Below, piece by piece: positions 1 through 11,088 of a stretch of DNA of 22,722 nt. The notes beneath the pieces are model-generated. The model was given only the letters and a program-made list of their open reading frames with translations. It was not told where the DNA came from and did no database searches. Position 1 is the first letter of the stretch. The number at the start of each line of letters is the position of its first letter. A program made the translations under genes and the position numbers. The stretch is taken from NCBI GenBank assembly GCA_024626585.2, contig JANKJI020000004.1:115726717-115749438 (forward strand), written 5' to 3'. The DNA is from Ginkgo biloba. Taxonomy: Eukaryota > Plantae > Ginkgophyta.

Positions 1-393
1 GAATTCAACCTCTCTATCAGTGTCATTTTTTAACCTATCTATTAGTGTCAGTCTTTAACATCCTTATCAATGTCAAAATTCAACCTCTCCATCAATATCA
101 TTCTTCAACCTATATGTTAGTGTCAATATTTAACATACTTTTTAATGTTAGACTTCAACCTCTTTGTTAGTATCATTCTTCAACCTATCTATCAGTGTTA
201 ATATTTAACATCCTTGTTAATGTCAGACTTCAACCTCCCTACCAGTATCATTNNNNNNNNNNATCTATTAGTGTCAATCTTTAGCCTTCTTGTCGGTGTT
301 GGTGGGCTTTAAAAAACTCTAACATCCCATCTCCAAGATATTATTACTGATAATTGTTATTTGTCCCATCATTTTGATCTGACAAATGGATCA
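1..393 (-). repeat. 3' LTR (partial, runs off window) of the Gypsy element
   Basis: Shares the 25-bp array, GGTGTTGGTGGGCTTT.AAAAACT..AACATCCCATCTCCAA and the terminal AAATGGATCA with 7835-8173. On minus it begins TGATCCATTT and is preceded by a purine-rich, possibly decayed PPT (GAAAAGCGAAAC). Confidence 0.8.
4..304. repeat. 25-bp minisatellite with 75-bp (3x25) higher-order structure
   Basis: TT(C/T)AAC(C/A) recurs at 4, 29, 54, 79, 104, 129, 154, 179, 204 and 229. Unit types cycle ..AACCTCT / ..AACCTAT / ..AACATCC. Confidence 0.93.
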
Positions 394-770
394 AAGTTTC
401 GCTTTTCAAAAATATTTTGGACTCTTAAAAACTTAGTTAATTTCGAAGTAGGTGAGGAAACGTATCCTACACCTCTTAACATATGTAGAATTTAACCTTT
501 ATCAGCNNNNNNNNNNNNNNNNNNNNNNNNNNNNNNNNNNNNNNNNNNNNNNNNNNNNNNNNNNNNNTTCACATAATGGTATTAGTGTCTAAATTAACTT
601 GTACCTCTAAGACTAATTATTCTACAGATAGAAACATTAATCCACCCTCTTTATCAAGAATTAATGACTCAACTATATTTAGACTCTCTACATTCATAAT
701 GGAATAAATTCCCATGTAGGTGTTGATGGTTATTTTTGACACTTAGAATGAAAAGGGTGGATAGGGTTGG
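394..770 (-). pseudogene. Gypsy pol integrase C-terminal remnant
   Basis: Manual minus-strand translation gives TYMGIYSIMNVESLNIVESLILDKEGGLMFLSVE*LVLEVQVNLDTNTIM and KVKFYIC*EV*DTFPHLL. These resemble the post-GPY/F 'LP.Y..I.SV.NVE.LK' stretch and terminal 'FPHL' of plant Ty3 integrases. The segment lies immediately before the 3' LTR. Confidence 0.68.
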
Positions 771-1926
771 AATCACATCAACTCAGAGAAATAATGTTAA
801 TACATGGCAATAGTAAGGGGTAAATTGACACTCCAAATTAAGTAAGGGTGATTCCTTTATTGTAAAGAATAAAAAAAATATGAAAAGAATGAAATAGTAT
901 TTACATAAAATACATAAATGTGATATAAATGGGATCCATCTTAATGCCAGGAAGTATGAGAGGAACAAAATAAAAACAAAATTCCAACTAAAGATGATGG
1001 AGGAAAGATAGATTACTATTACTAAAGTTAATATATCTCTAGAGGCAAGCCTTATAACCCAGTAATGAGTGTAAGCTGGGGTATGAATTTTAGCAATGAC
1101 TTTGAACAGTTCTTGAAAGAGAGAGAGATCCTCAATATTCTATTATACATTAATTGGATGACATCATNNNNNNNNNNNNNNNNNNNNNNNNNNNNNNNNN
1201 NNNNNNNNNNNNNNNNNNNNNNNNNNNNNNNNNNNNNNNNNNNNNNNNNNNNNNNNNNNNNNNNNNNNNNNNNNNNNNNNNNNNNNNNNNNNNNNNNNNN
1301 NNNNNNNNNNNNNNNNNNNNNNNNNNNNNNNNNNNNNNNNNNNNNNNNNNNNNNNNNNNNNNNNNNNNNNNNNNNNNNNNNNNNNNNNNNNNNNNNNNNN
1401 NNNNNNNNNNNNNNNNNNNNNNNNNNNNNNNNNNNNNNNNNNNNNNNNNNNNNNNNNNNNNNNNNNNNNNNNNNNNNNNNNNNNNNNNNNNNNNNNNNNN
1501 NNNNNNNNNNNNNNNNNNNNNNNNNNNNNNNNNNNNNNNNNNNNNNNNNNNNNNNNNNNNNNNNNNNNNNNNNNNNNNNNNNNNNNNNNNNNNNNNNNNN
1601 NNNNNNNNNNNNNNNNNNNNNNNNNNNNNNNNNNNNNNNNNNNNNNNNNNNNNNNNNNNNNNNNNNNNNNNNNNNNNNNNNNNNNNNNNNNNNNNNNNNN
1701 NNNNNNNNNNNNNNNNNNNNNNNNNNNNNNNNNNNNNNNNNNNNNNNNNNNNNNNNNNNNNNNNNNNNNNNNNNNNNNNNNNNNNNNNNNNNNNNNNNNN
1801 NNNNNNNNNNNNNNNNNNNNNNNNNNNNNNNNNNNNNNNNNNNNNNNNNNNNNNNNNNNNNNNNNNNNNNNNNNNNNNNNNNNNNNNNNNNNNNNNNNNN
1901 NNNNNNNNNNNNNNNNNNNNNNNNNN

Positions 1927-4900
1927 CTTTCCTATTTTGATTCTTTGTCCTAGGGATCCAGGAGATTGCATCTTAGTTTTTTTTAGGGAAGGCTCCACAA
2001 TACTCTCACTCTGTGTGGGAGGCACCATGGTTTCTACTTAATCCATGATCCCTTATGTATTTGTCTCTATGGTGATTTTAAGATCCTCAACTTGACCACC
2101 CGATGGAGCAATACCCTAAGACTCAAGGAATTCTTTTGTNNNNNNNNNNACCTACAAATATTACTTTCTAAATTATAAGGGGATTAAGGAATGGGATCTT
2201 CGACTAGAATGGAGCACCCTCCTATGGTATGTCCCATTTTAATTATGGAACTACTCATCTCTTGGACCAAAATATTTAAAGAGTAGATAGGAGGGACTAG
2301 CTATTAGATATTGGACTGAGTAGAACTAATCATTAGGAACATATCTTCAAGAATGAATCAACCCAATTTACCAAAATTTGAGCTCTTTTCACCTCTCTAA
2401 GGAAAGTCTCTCTCTTTGATAGAAATTTAAATCAAATGGAATCTAATTCCTTACTAAGCTAGAGGTCTATGGCCTCTTTACTTGTATGTTACTCTTAGTC
2501 ATTAGCTCCTTATAACTCATCATATTCATCCTTTAGTGATGCCTTATTCAACACAAACTAATCACTTATTTCTACTCGCTAGAAGAGTTGATCAAGGTGT
2601 GTCTCTTTTCCTTCTACAACTGTGTTGAGGCTTATGGTCAGATGACCCTTGAGATCATCAACCTCTTCCCTGGCCAAGGCTATATGTTTCTTCATACTTA
2701 GAATGAGATATGAAACGATGGACTTTAACTGTTATATCTCTACCACCTACTCAACAAGCTCCTATTATTTCTACTCTTCTTTAGTCTAAAAGTCATCAAC
2801 CTACTCCTAGAGGATTGTAGCTTCAAATTCTAGTTGATATAATTTATCTTGTATCTTTGGGGGGGAATAGGGGGTGCTTCTTTAGCACTGAATTCCATCT
2901 ATCTTAGGATATGCATCTATGGGTGATTGNNNNNNNNNNNNNNNNNNNNNNNNNNNNNNNNNNNNNNNNNNNNNNNNNNNNNNNNNNNNNNNNNNNNNNN
3001 NNNNNNNNNNNNNNNNNNNNNNNNNNNNNNNNNNNNNNNNNNNNNNNNNNNNNNNNNNNNNNNNNNNNNNNNNNNNNNNNNNNNNNNNNNNNNNNNNNNN
3101 NNNNNNNNNNNNNNNNNNNNNNNNNNNNNNNNNNNNNNNNNNNNNNNNNNNNNNNNNNNNNNNNNNNNNNNNNNNNNNNNNNNNNNNNNNNNNNNNNNNN
3201 NNNNNNNNNNNNNNNNNNNNNNNNNNNNNNNNNNNNNNNNNNNNNNNNNNNNNNNNNNNNNNNNNNNNNNNNNNNNNNNNNNNNNNNNNNNNNNNNNNNN
3301 NNNNNNNNNNNNNNNNNNNNNNNNNNNNNNNNNNNNNNNNNNNNNNNNNNNNNNNNNNNNNNNNNNNNNNNNNNNNNNNNNNNNNNNNNNNNNNNNNNNN
3401 NNNNNNNNNNNNNNNNNNNNNNNNNNNNNNNNNNNNNNNNNNNNNNNNNNNNNNNNNNNNNNNNNNNNNNNNNNNNNNNNNNNNNNNNNNNNNNNNNNNN
3501 NNNNNNNNNNNNNNNNNNNNNNNNNNNNNNNNNNNNNNNNNNNNNNNNNNNNNNNNNNNNNNNNNNNNNNNNNNNNNNNNNNNNNNNNNNNNNNNNNNNN
3601 NNNNNNNNNNNNNNNNNNNNNNNNNNNNNNNNNNNNNNNNNNNNNNNNNNNNNNNNNNNNNNNNNNNNNNNNNNNNNNNNNNNNNNNNNNNNNNNNNNNN
3701 NNNNNNNNNNNNNNNNNNNNNNNNNNNNNNNNNNNNNNNNNNNNNNNNNNNNNNNNNNNNNNNNNNNNNNNNNNNNNNNNNNNNNNNNNNNNNNNNNNNN
3801 NNNNNNNNTGGATGAGGCCAGATGGGGATTTCTTTCATAATGCATGTTACATTAGTTACAACATAAGAAAGATACATTGTTTGGTCATCTTCTACCTAGA
3901 GGGCCTCCTTCCACTACTTTTTTATATACTCAGGAAATTTTTTTCTTGCCTTAGACCCATCATTTATTTGTTACAACATTAGGTAGAACTTTCCCAAATA
4001 GGAGTATGTCCTCTTTTCTTTCATGGCCCCTTTTTTCCTATGTATGTGTGAGTAAGCATTAAGATGTGGGGCTTCATCTGGTTAAATCCATTGTGGGGAA
4101 CCAAGGGTGCCCATACAAATAAGTGCAAGTAGGGAAGGAATGGAAAAAATTTGACTGAACATTTGAGATGCCACACATCACTCCTTCAATCTATCAGTTA
4201 TCCATGGTGGCCATGTTAACATATGGCCTTCACCGATGATAACCCATTGGTGACTCAAATATGTGCTGGCTTCTATGCCCACCAACCTCCTAGTTAGGAA
4301 TCAAGCTTCTCATTTGGATCCTTCATCGATGATACGATTTATTATAAAACCATTAGACTTGTTCCAGACTTTGGCTTCTTGACACCTCAAAAAAAGCTTC
4401 TGTAAAATATCTTCCCTCGCCATTGACCTTGGTTCTTATCTAAGGTCAATTTTATTTCCTAAGAGGGGGAGGCTGGTAATGTGATGAATTAACTCCATAG
4501 TCACATAGATTATTCTATTTGGGAACCACAAGGCATTATCTTTGAATTGGCAAAGCATTTCTACTATGATGGGGTATGGTAAATGGAGTATAGGGGTTAT
4601 TTCATATTCAACCACACTAGAGTGTAGTAAGAAAGTGAGCTCTATATGATATTGATCATTTACATCTTCAGTAGTGAATTTCTCCCATTCCTAAGCATAT
4701 AGGTCTAAATTACCTTCCACAACCTCTATTGTCCAAAATGATTTCACTGCCATTGTTACCAAAAATGTTCCTCTTATGAATTACATTTATTTGGACTAAC
4801 TATTCGTCAAAAACCTTTTGATTCTTACCAACTCAATAGGTGTGATAGCCTAGTGTTAAAATGGCATGGGTATTTGAACTAACTAGTAGAGTGACGAGGG

Positions 4901-5100
4901 AAGAGTCTACTAAATTAAACAACATTAATCATTCTCATTCCCCAAGGATGATTAATTTAATTTTTTTCCATCTATCTTGCTTTTATATATCATTGACTAT
5001 TTTGTCTATCTCATGATGAGGGACCACACATGCCATTTCATGGCATTATAAGGCAGGTCATTACCACCCACCATAAATTACTGTAAGTTCACTAACACCT
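1927..5100 (-). pseudogene. Decayed long ORF, probably an accessory ORF of a nested non-chromoviral Ty3 (Athila/Tat/Ogre-like) element
   Basis: Frameshift-free stretches on minus. ~4423-4082 reads MAREDILQKLFLRCQEAKVWNKSNGFIINRIIDEGSK*EA*FLTRRLVGIEASTYLSHQWVIIGEGHMLTWPPWITDRLKE*CVASQMFSQIFSIPSLLALICMG. ~2858-2381 is an E/K/L-rich coiled-coil-like frame. The family assignment is inference. Confidence 0.5.
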
Positions 5101-6684
5101 CATGATCCCTTTACTTTGTTATTTCTTTTTGGTCAACTAGGTTGGAAAAATTCCTTGCAAGAAAGTGCCTAATGTTCTTTAAGGAGTTAAGGCCTCCTAG
5201 GGGTACAGGAACTCTTGAGAAGACTAGGAAGGAATCACTTCCCAAGAGGTGGCTCTTATTTAGTGTCCTTTATTTTTTCTAGATGCTTTAGAGTACATAC
5301 TTAAAATGTGGACTAGGGATTTATACCTTATGTAAACTTTATTCCTGTCCTATCATGACTCACATGGATGCACTAGGACTTATCAAGTCTACTAGGAAGT
5401 AGACTCCTCCTTATTTTAAACATGTACCTTAGAACTATTTAAGTGACATTATGGGTCTCGTGCTCATTAAAATTGATCCTAGTCCTTCTTTTACTTCCTA
5501 TGAACTCCATGATTACTTTTGTCTTATTAGGACACTAGATCTTTACCTACATTGGCACTCATACCCTTCATTTTAGCCTTGATGTTATTATGGGTCTTAC
5601 TATAATTACACTTCTCCTCGACTAAATAATCCTCTCCTAATCTTTCCAGGAATGTATTGAGATTATAAGAGATGACTCCTCACTCGCTCATATTAATAGA
5701 AAATAAATAGGGAAGGAAGAGAGAGAGAGGAAGATCATGCACCAAGTTAGAATATAGAAAAGTTGATCCTGGTTCTTGGCGAGGCAAGATTCACTATAAA
5801 TTTTAAGAATAAAGGAAGGGTGAGCTATTTCTAAGGATCAGAATTGATAGACTTTACCTTCTATATCCATTTATCGAATGTTGAGATACACCCTATCATT
5901 AGGCATGAATGGTGCCATGTCATGATAGTATGGCCTTTGAAAATTGGGCTTAGGATCATTCAGAAGGTGTTAGAGACTTATAGGGCATTGATAATTTTTT
6001 TTTATAAATAGAATACTCCAAATGGAGCAAAGGGAGATAATGGATGCTAAAAGGGGAATGGATCAGGGTGGAAGATGACATCAATGGTCTTATTCACGCT
6101 CTCCTCAAATAATTTTTTTTCTTTCCTAGGTGGGGATGATTGTGGTGAATAGAGGAAATTTTCATTTTTCTTCTTATGAGTGGGTGAGGTTAATCATACC
6201 TTCAATAAATCTACAAGGAATTTTAATGATGAGGGAGATAATGGATATTTTTTACTAGGAATAGAATCTTGGCAATGAAAGATAGGTGCCTGCTTCTGTT
6301 CCTAATCGATGAGCAATCCATTTGTTATCTTTCTTATACAACTTCGAATATCCTCCCCTATCATGGAGAGTAGTGTAGGGATCATTAGTTTCTCTTAATG
6401 GATTACCTAAGAGATGCATAGAAGATGGGATATGTGGGATGTGATGTGCTCACTTGTGAAGGAGTCTCATTCTATAGTGAAGTGTATGATCTTAGGAAGA
6501 AGAAAGATCTTCCCTTCTCTGATCAAGACTAGTTGATTTGGTTTGATGGTGTCTCCATCATCACTCATTGTCAATACTTCTATTNNNNNNNNNNNNNNNN
6601 NNNNNNNNNNNNNNNNNNNNNNNNNNNNNNNNNNNNNNNNNNNNNNNNNNNNNNNNNNNNNNNNNNNNNNNNNNNNNNNNNNNN

Positions 6685-7270
6685 AATAGTATTCTTGAAT
6701 TTGTCCTAATCTAACACAAGATTCTAATTTGTGAGGGACCTTTCATGGCATAGGTTTTCCCACCAAAATAATGTGGAACCTTCTATATTTAGTTGGGAAA
6801 AGTAGATTTTCTCCTTATTGATGAATCTATAACAACTTAAATATACCTCCATCTTCCTCAACCAGTTGTTTAACCTTTATGGATTCATTTCACCATTCTA
6901 AGACTTAATATCTATTTTTTTTTCAAATCTAAACGGATTCTTTGAAGAGTGGGGGTCTCCTTCTATTGTAGAGTGTTTATTCTCCTCATCCTTGTACATC
7001 CTATCATCATGTTGATCTTTGGTCAATATTTCTAATCTAGACTCAATTTTCATCCTATTTGCCTATTATTTCATTTCTAATAATAATTGCATAACAATCT
7101 ACATATTGGACTCCAAATCTTGGAACCTAGATTTAATAGCATCAACCATCATCTTCACTATTCTTCTTTCTATTATTTTAACTCTATCAATCACTAATCT
7201 TAACAACAAAGGTTCTCCGCTTGACGTATATCCTATTCTATTTTTCACCATTCAACACAAGCTTGTGATC
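6685..7270 (-). pseudogene. Gypsy leader/gag remnant (retrotransposon gag domain)
   Basis: The reverse complement aligns with 21750-22535 and translates to LNNWLRKMEVYLSCYRFINKEKIYFSQLNIEGSTLFWWENLC, homologous to ORF 22338-22601. Confidence 0.88.
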
Positions 7271-7274
7271 TTGA

Positions 7275-7286
7275 GCTCTAATACCA
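7275..7286 (-). other. Primer-binding site complementary to initiator tRNA-Met
   Basis: Minus strand TGGTATTAGAGC (1 mismatch to TGGTATCAGAGC), 3 nt after the LTR end at 7290. Confidence 0.88.
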
Positions 7287-7289
7287 TTT

Positions 7290-8173
7290 TAATCCATTTT
7301 TAATGGGTGAGTCAAAGTGTCCAAATGATATTACCACAAATTCTAGCAAACATATCATCAATCTTTTATGTCTAGGTGTGTACGTGGTCTACCTATCAGA
7401 AGTATGTTAAATCTAAGAACATAACATGAAATGAGTACTAACACACATCACTTTCCTTACAAAGAGATATGATTTTTAATTGGAGAAACCCTCATAGGGA
7501 ATAAAACTATAGAATTCATTAACAATAAAGATTACAATGGAAAACTTCATTCCCATGTTTATGATTCTTCCTTCGAGTACTAACTCACAAAGCTTTACAC
7601 AATAATCTTATTTTTTCTCTTTTTTGTCTTCACTTCCCTCTTCCTTTTGTGTTCATTAAATTCTCTCCATCTACACTATACTCTTCCTTGTACATTATTA
7701 TAGATTCATAACCATCTGAGGTGGTTTAACCATTGCATAATTGAATAATCATGCTACGTATTAGATGTACATCGACTACCAGTTAGCCCTTGTCATACTA
7801 AACCTTTATGGGTGTCAGTCATCCTCTATTAGATTTTAACCTCCCCATCAATGTTAGAATTTAACCTCTATATTAGTTTTGATCTTCAACCTATCCATTG
7901 ATGTTAGTCTTTAGCCTCCTCATCAGTATCAAACTTTAACCTCTCTATTGGTGTTGCTCTTTAACCTATCTGTTGGTGTTGGTCTTCAGTTTCCCTATAA
8001 GTTTTGGTACTCAACCTCTCCATTGGTGTTGGTCTTCAAACTATCTATTGGTGTCAATCTTCAACCTCCCCATTGGTGTTGGTGGGCTTTGAAAAACTAC
8101 AACATCCCATCTCCAACATCTTGTCACCCATAACTATCATTTTATCCTTCCTTTACATCCAAAAAATGGATCA
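7290..8173 (-). repeat. 5' LTR (884 bp) of the Gypsy element
   Basis: Bounded by an inverted repeat, TAATCCATTTTT (7290-7301; TG decayed to TA) and AAAAATGGATCA (8162-8173). Abuts the PBS. Its PBS-proximal end matches 21679-21735. Confidence 0.85.
7835..8084. repeat. 25-bp minisatellite (10 degenerate units) within the LTR
   Basis: Unit starts at 7835, 7860, 7885, 7910, 7935, 7960, 7985, 8010, 8035 and 8060. Same consensus as 4-304. Confidence 0.9.
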
Positions 8174-9569
8174 TTAACCCCTAGGACCATGTGCTAGTTC
8201 CCCCATGGTTAGGATGGCACACCAAATTATAAATATAATAATTTGTATTTGATTATATTTATTAATATAATAAAACTTATATTTAGTCATCAAGGATGGA
8301 TATCATTTTACTATAATAAAGAATAATATTAAATTAAACATGAGGCATTAATTATAAAGAAAATAAGAACATAATTATAAGCATAATCATGAATGCACTA
8401 GAATATATATCAATAAATAAAGGATATACATGAAAAGGTTCCTAAGATAATGAGCCTTATTGATTTGAATGTTGATGTGCATTAAGAAAAACTTTATAAT
8501 TAACTACACTACATGCCCCGTAGAGGGAACCTTTTTTGTTTATAGTTACACAAGAAACCCCCTCCATTAAGGATAATTAACTTAGGCTACTTATGCACTA
8601 GTTTGTGCTAAAAGAAATATACTTTAAGATTATAGGCTCATTAGTTCTCAAATCATTTTGAAATATGGGAACTATATATAGAATTATTGCAATAAGTAGA
8701 TGCAAGATTTGAAAAGGGAATTATAGTACTTAAAGTCTTAATTTGGTGGTCCAAGCTTCTAATCAAGGGAGTCAAATCTCTAGATAAACTCTTTGTTAAT
8801 AAAGCTAAGTTATGGTGCAAAAAGGAAGTTATCTCATTAGAATATGTGTGGAATCAATACCATCAAAATTGGATGAGCTAGGATACTCTTATGCATATGT
8901 CGAAGATCCCTAAAACTCATAGACATATATATTATGAAATACTCTCTACCATCCTACATGAACTCCTAGATAAAATGCTTTGTAGTGAAAGTAAAAGGGT
9001 GGGTTGTTACAAAAATACTTTTCATGAGAAAGTATTAGTGACTCATCCCTCCCCAAGCTACTCACTTAATTATTTCGTAATAAATTACACTTGATGGTAA
9101 CCCACATATTCATATTATCTTAAGAGGATGATTAAAATAGTTGGAAACATAGTCACACTTCAAAGTATTGAACCATATATGATAATCACTTATGTCCATA
9201 TTATGTCATCACTTGGATATAATCCTCATGTCTTGAACATTTGAATATGGTCAATAACCATAGTAGGAAGAGACTATGAGGGAGATAAAAGTGGACCTAT
9301 ATAAAAGACATATTATAATATCTATATATGGAGGAGTAATCAAGCTCAATTCGACACTTTATGTAATAGTTANNNNNNNNNNNNNNNNNNNNNNNNNNNN
9401 NNNNNNNNNNNNNNNNNNNNNNNNNNNNNNNNNNNNNNNNNNNNNNNNNNNNNNNNNNNNNNNNNNNNNNNNCTTTGTAGTGAAAGTAAAAGGTGGTTGT
9501 TAGATTGGGTGTGGCCTCCCAATACCCTTTATTAGCATTATTTCGTAATGAAATTTTATAGTATTCTTC

Positions 9570-10507
9570 TTAGCAGAGGGAATCTTATGGAAAGATGTAA
9601 TAAAGCTTGCAAGACCAACGATCCAAACTTTGCCTCGATAAAATGATTGTCCTACATATGGAATATTAAATTTTCCAAGAATATGCAGGTGTTCTTATGG
9701 ACTAACCTAAGTTTTTAGAAACCATATAATGGGCGTTTTATAGTCAAGAAGAGTCATGTCTACACCTATTCTTAGAATTTAGAGTGGTAATGGATTTTAG
9801 AGTATAATATAGATCTCATATATTTTTCACTAGTTTAATAAACATCTCTCATACAAAATGTTGCTACTCACAGATAATTCCTTTTAACCAAATGATCTGT
9901 GGCATACATGGCATATCATTAGATCTTCCTTCCTATGGTCTATCTAGAATACCAAGAATCATATTATTTTTAATAATGATAATAAATCGTTACTCACTAT
10001 CTTTTTCATTTTTAGTTTATTAATCAAATTCTTCTTTAGATGTAAGTTGCCTTAGATAAAAATGAAGCAATTGTAATGAGACTAAAGCACCTGTTTTCTC
10101 AAATATCTTCATTCTTTGTGAATTAAAACCATCTTTCCAAAATCAAAAGGTAAGTAATTGTCAACTCAATTCTCCAACTCAACATCCAATGCCACCCCAG
10201 ACCAAACTCAAGAATAGGGAAACTCTACAATGAATATCAATAAAACTCTTACCACCATTCAATTCTACTAATAAGAGATAAGGGTACTTTGGAGAATTAG
10301 GAAGAAAGATCATCCAAATGGGCTAGAGCTAAGGAATACTCAGGTTTATTTTTTCTTATTCTATTAATTGTCCATATGTATTTTGTTATGTTGATGGATA
10401 ATGTTGCATGTATTGCCTTAAACTGCAATCCTCGATTAGTTCACTTGAGATGTAGTTTGTGTTCATGTTGGTTAAGGATCTATAATAGACTTTTTAAAAG
10501 AAAAAAA
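9570..10507 (+). mobile_element. L1-type LINE 3' fragment (zf-RVT remnant, A-rich tail)
   Basis: Plus-strand YIWNIKFSKNMQVFLW (~9653-9700) resembles the zf-RVT 'IW....P.K...FLW' motif. SHIFFT and LWHTW follow. An A-rich tract lies at ~10496-10507. Boundaries are approximate. Confidence 0.55.
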
Positions 10508-11058
10508 TTGCTTAACTTCACATTAGGGGGGCACTAATGATGTAAATGTGATTTTACCTATTATTAATAAGAAACATATTTTAATTTTAAAAAATAAAAC
10601 TATAAAATTTACTTAAACATAGAAAATAGATGATAACACAAATTAGCCTTAAAAACTCGGCTACAACCAAACATTGGGCCGATGGATCACATGGGCTATC
10701 AAATTTGATGGCACATTAAAAACACAACATTGGAGCTACAACAACCATTATGAACTTCTAGAATGAAGGAAGGAAAATAATAAAATCTTGAAAAATATAC
10801 TTCAATTAACATGCAAATTCAAGAGAATGCATTAGGTTAAGATCAATTTTGTTTATGGAAGAAAACTTAGACCCAAAGAGGTCTTTGAGAGATACTTATA
10901 AACACTAAAAAGATTTGAAACAAATAAAATGAGACAAGGTAACGACCTTGAACATAAGATAAATGCCCTATTGATGAGCCAAAAAAAATAGAAGTTTGCT
11001 TAGAAATATCGTTAAGGGGAATGGAATGAGAAGCAGTTCAAGAAAAAGAGAGAGAATA

Positions 11059-11088
11059 ATGATGATGATGATGATGATGATGATGATG
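11059..11088. repeat. (ATG)10 microsatellite
   Basis: Perfect trinucleotide run, read directly. Confidence 0.97.

Larger units (their letters stand above)
1..8173 (-). mobile_element. Degenerate Ty3/Gypsy LTR retrotransposon (5' LTR, PBS, gag, integrase C-terminus, partial 3' LTR), interrupted by foreign sequence
   Basis: Two homologous LTR segments in the same orientation (1-393 and ~7830-8173), both ending AAATGGATCA on +. PBS and gag lie next to the right LTR. Integrase-tail-like peptides lie next to the left LTR. No RT/RNase H motifs are seen in between. Confidence 0.72.

Noticed and set aside
1-6. EcoRI site at the window start suggesting a clone end
   Set aside because: It is part of the LTR repeat unit (..AATTCAACC), so it is probably coincidental.
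4-304. CRISPR-like regular repeat
   Set aside because: Contiguous degenerate tandem units with no unique spacers, no cas genes, and a eukaryotic LTR context.
1065-3982. Long ORFs of ~290-350 aa in the ORF track (also those at 11.2-11.8, 12.9-13.5 and 17.5-18.3 kb)
   Set aside because: Composed almost entirely of X from N gaps, so they are not evidence of coding.
4260-4290. Plus-strand AGFY.PT resembling the integrase 'GYYWPT' motif
   Set aside because: Needs a frameshift and lacks flanking HHCC/DDE motifs. The minus frame here is far more continuous.
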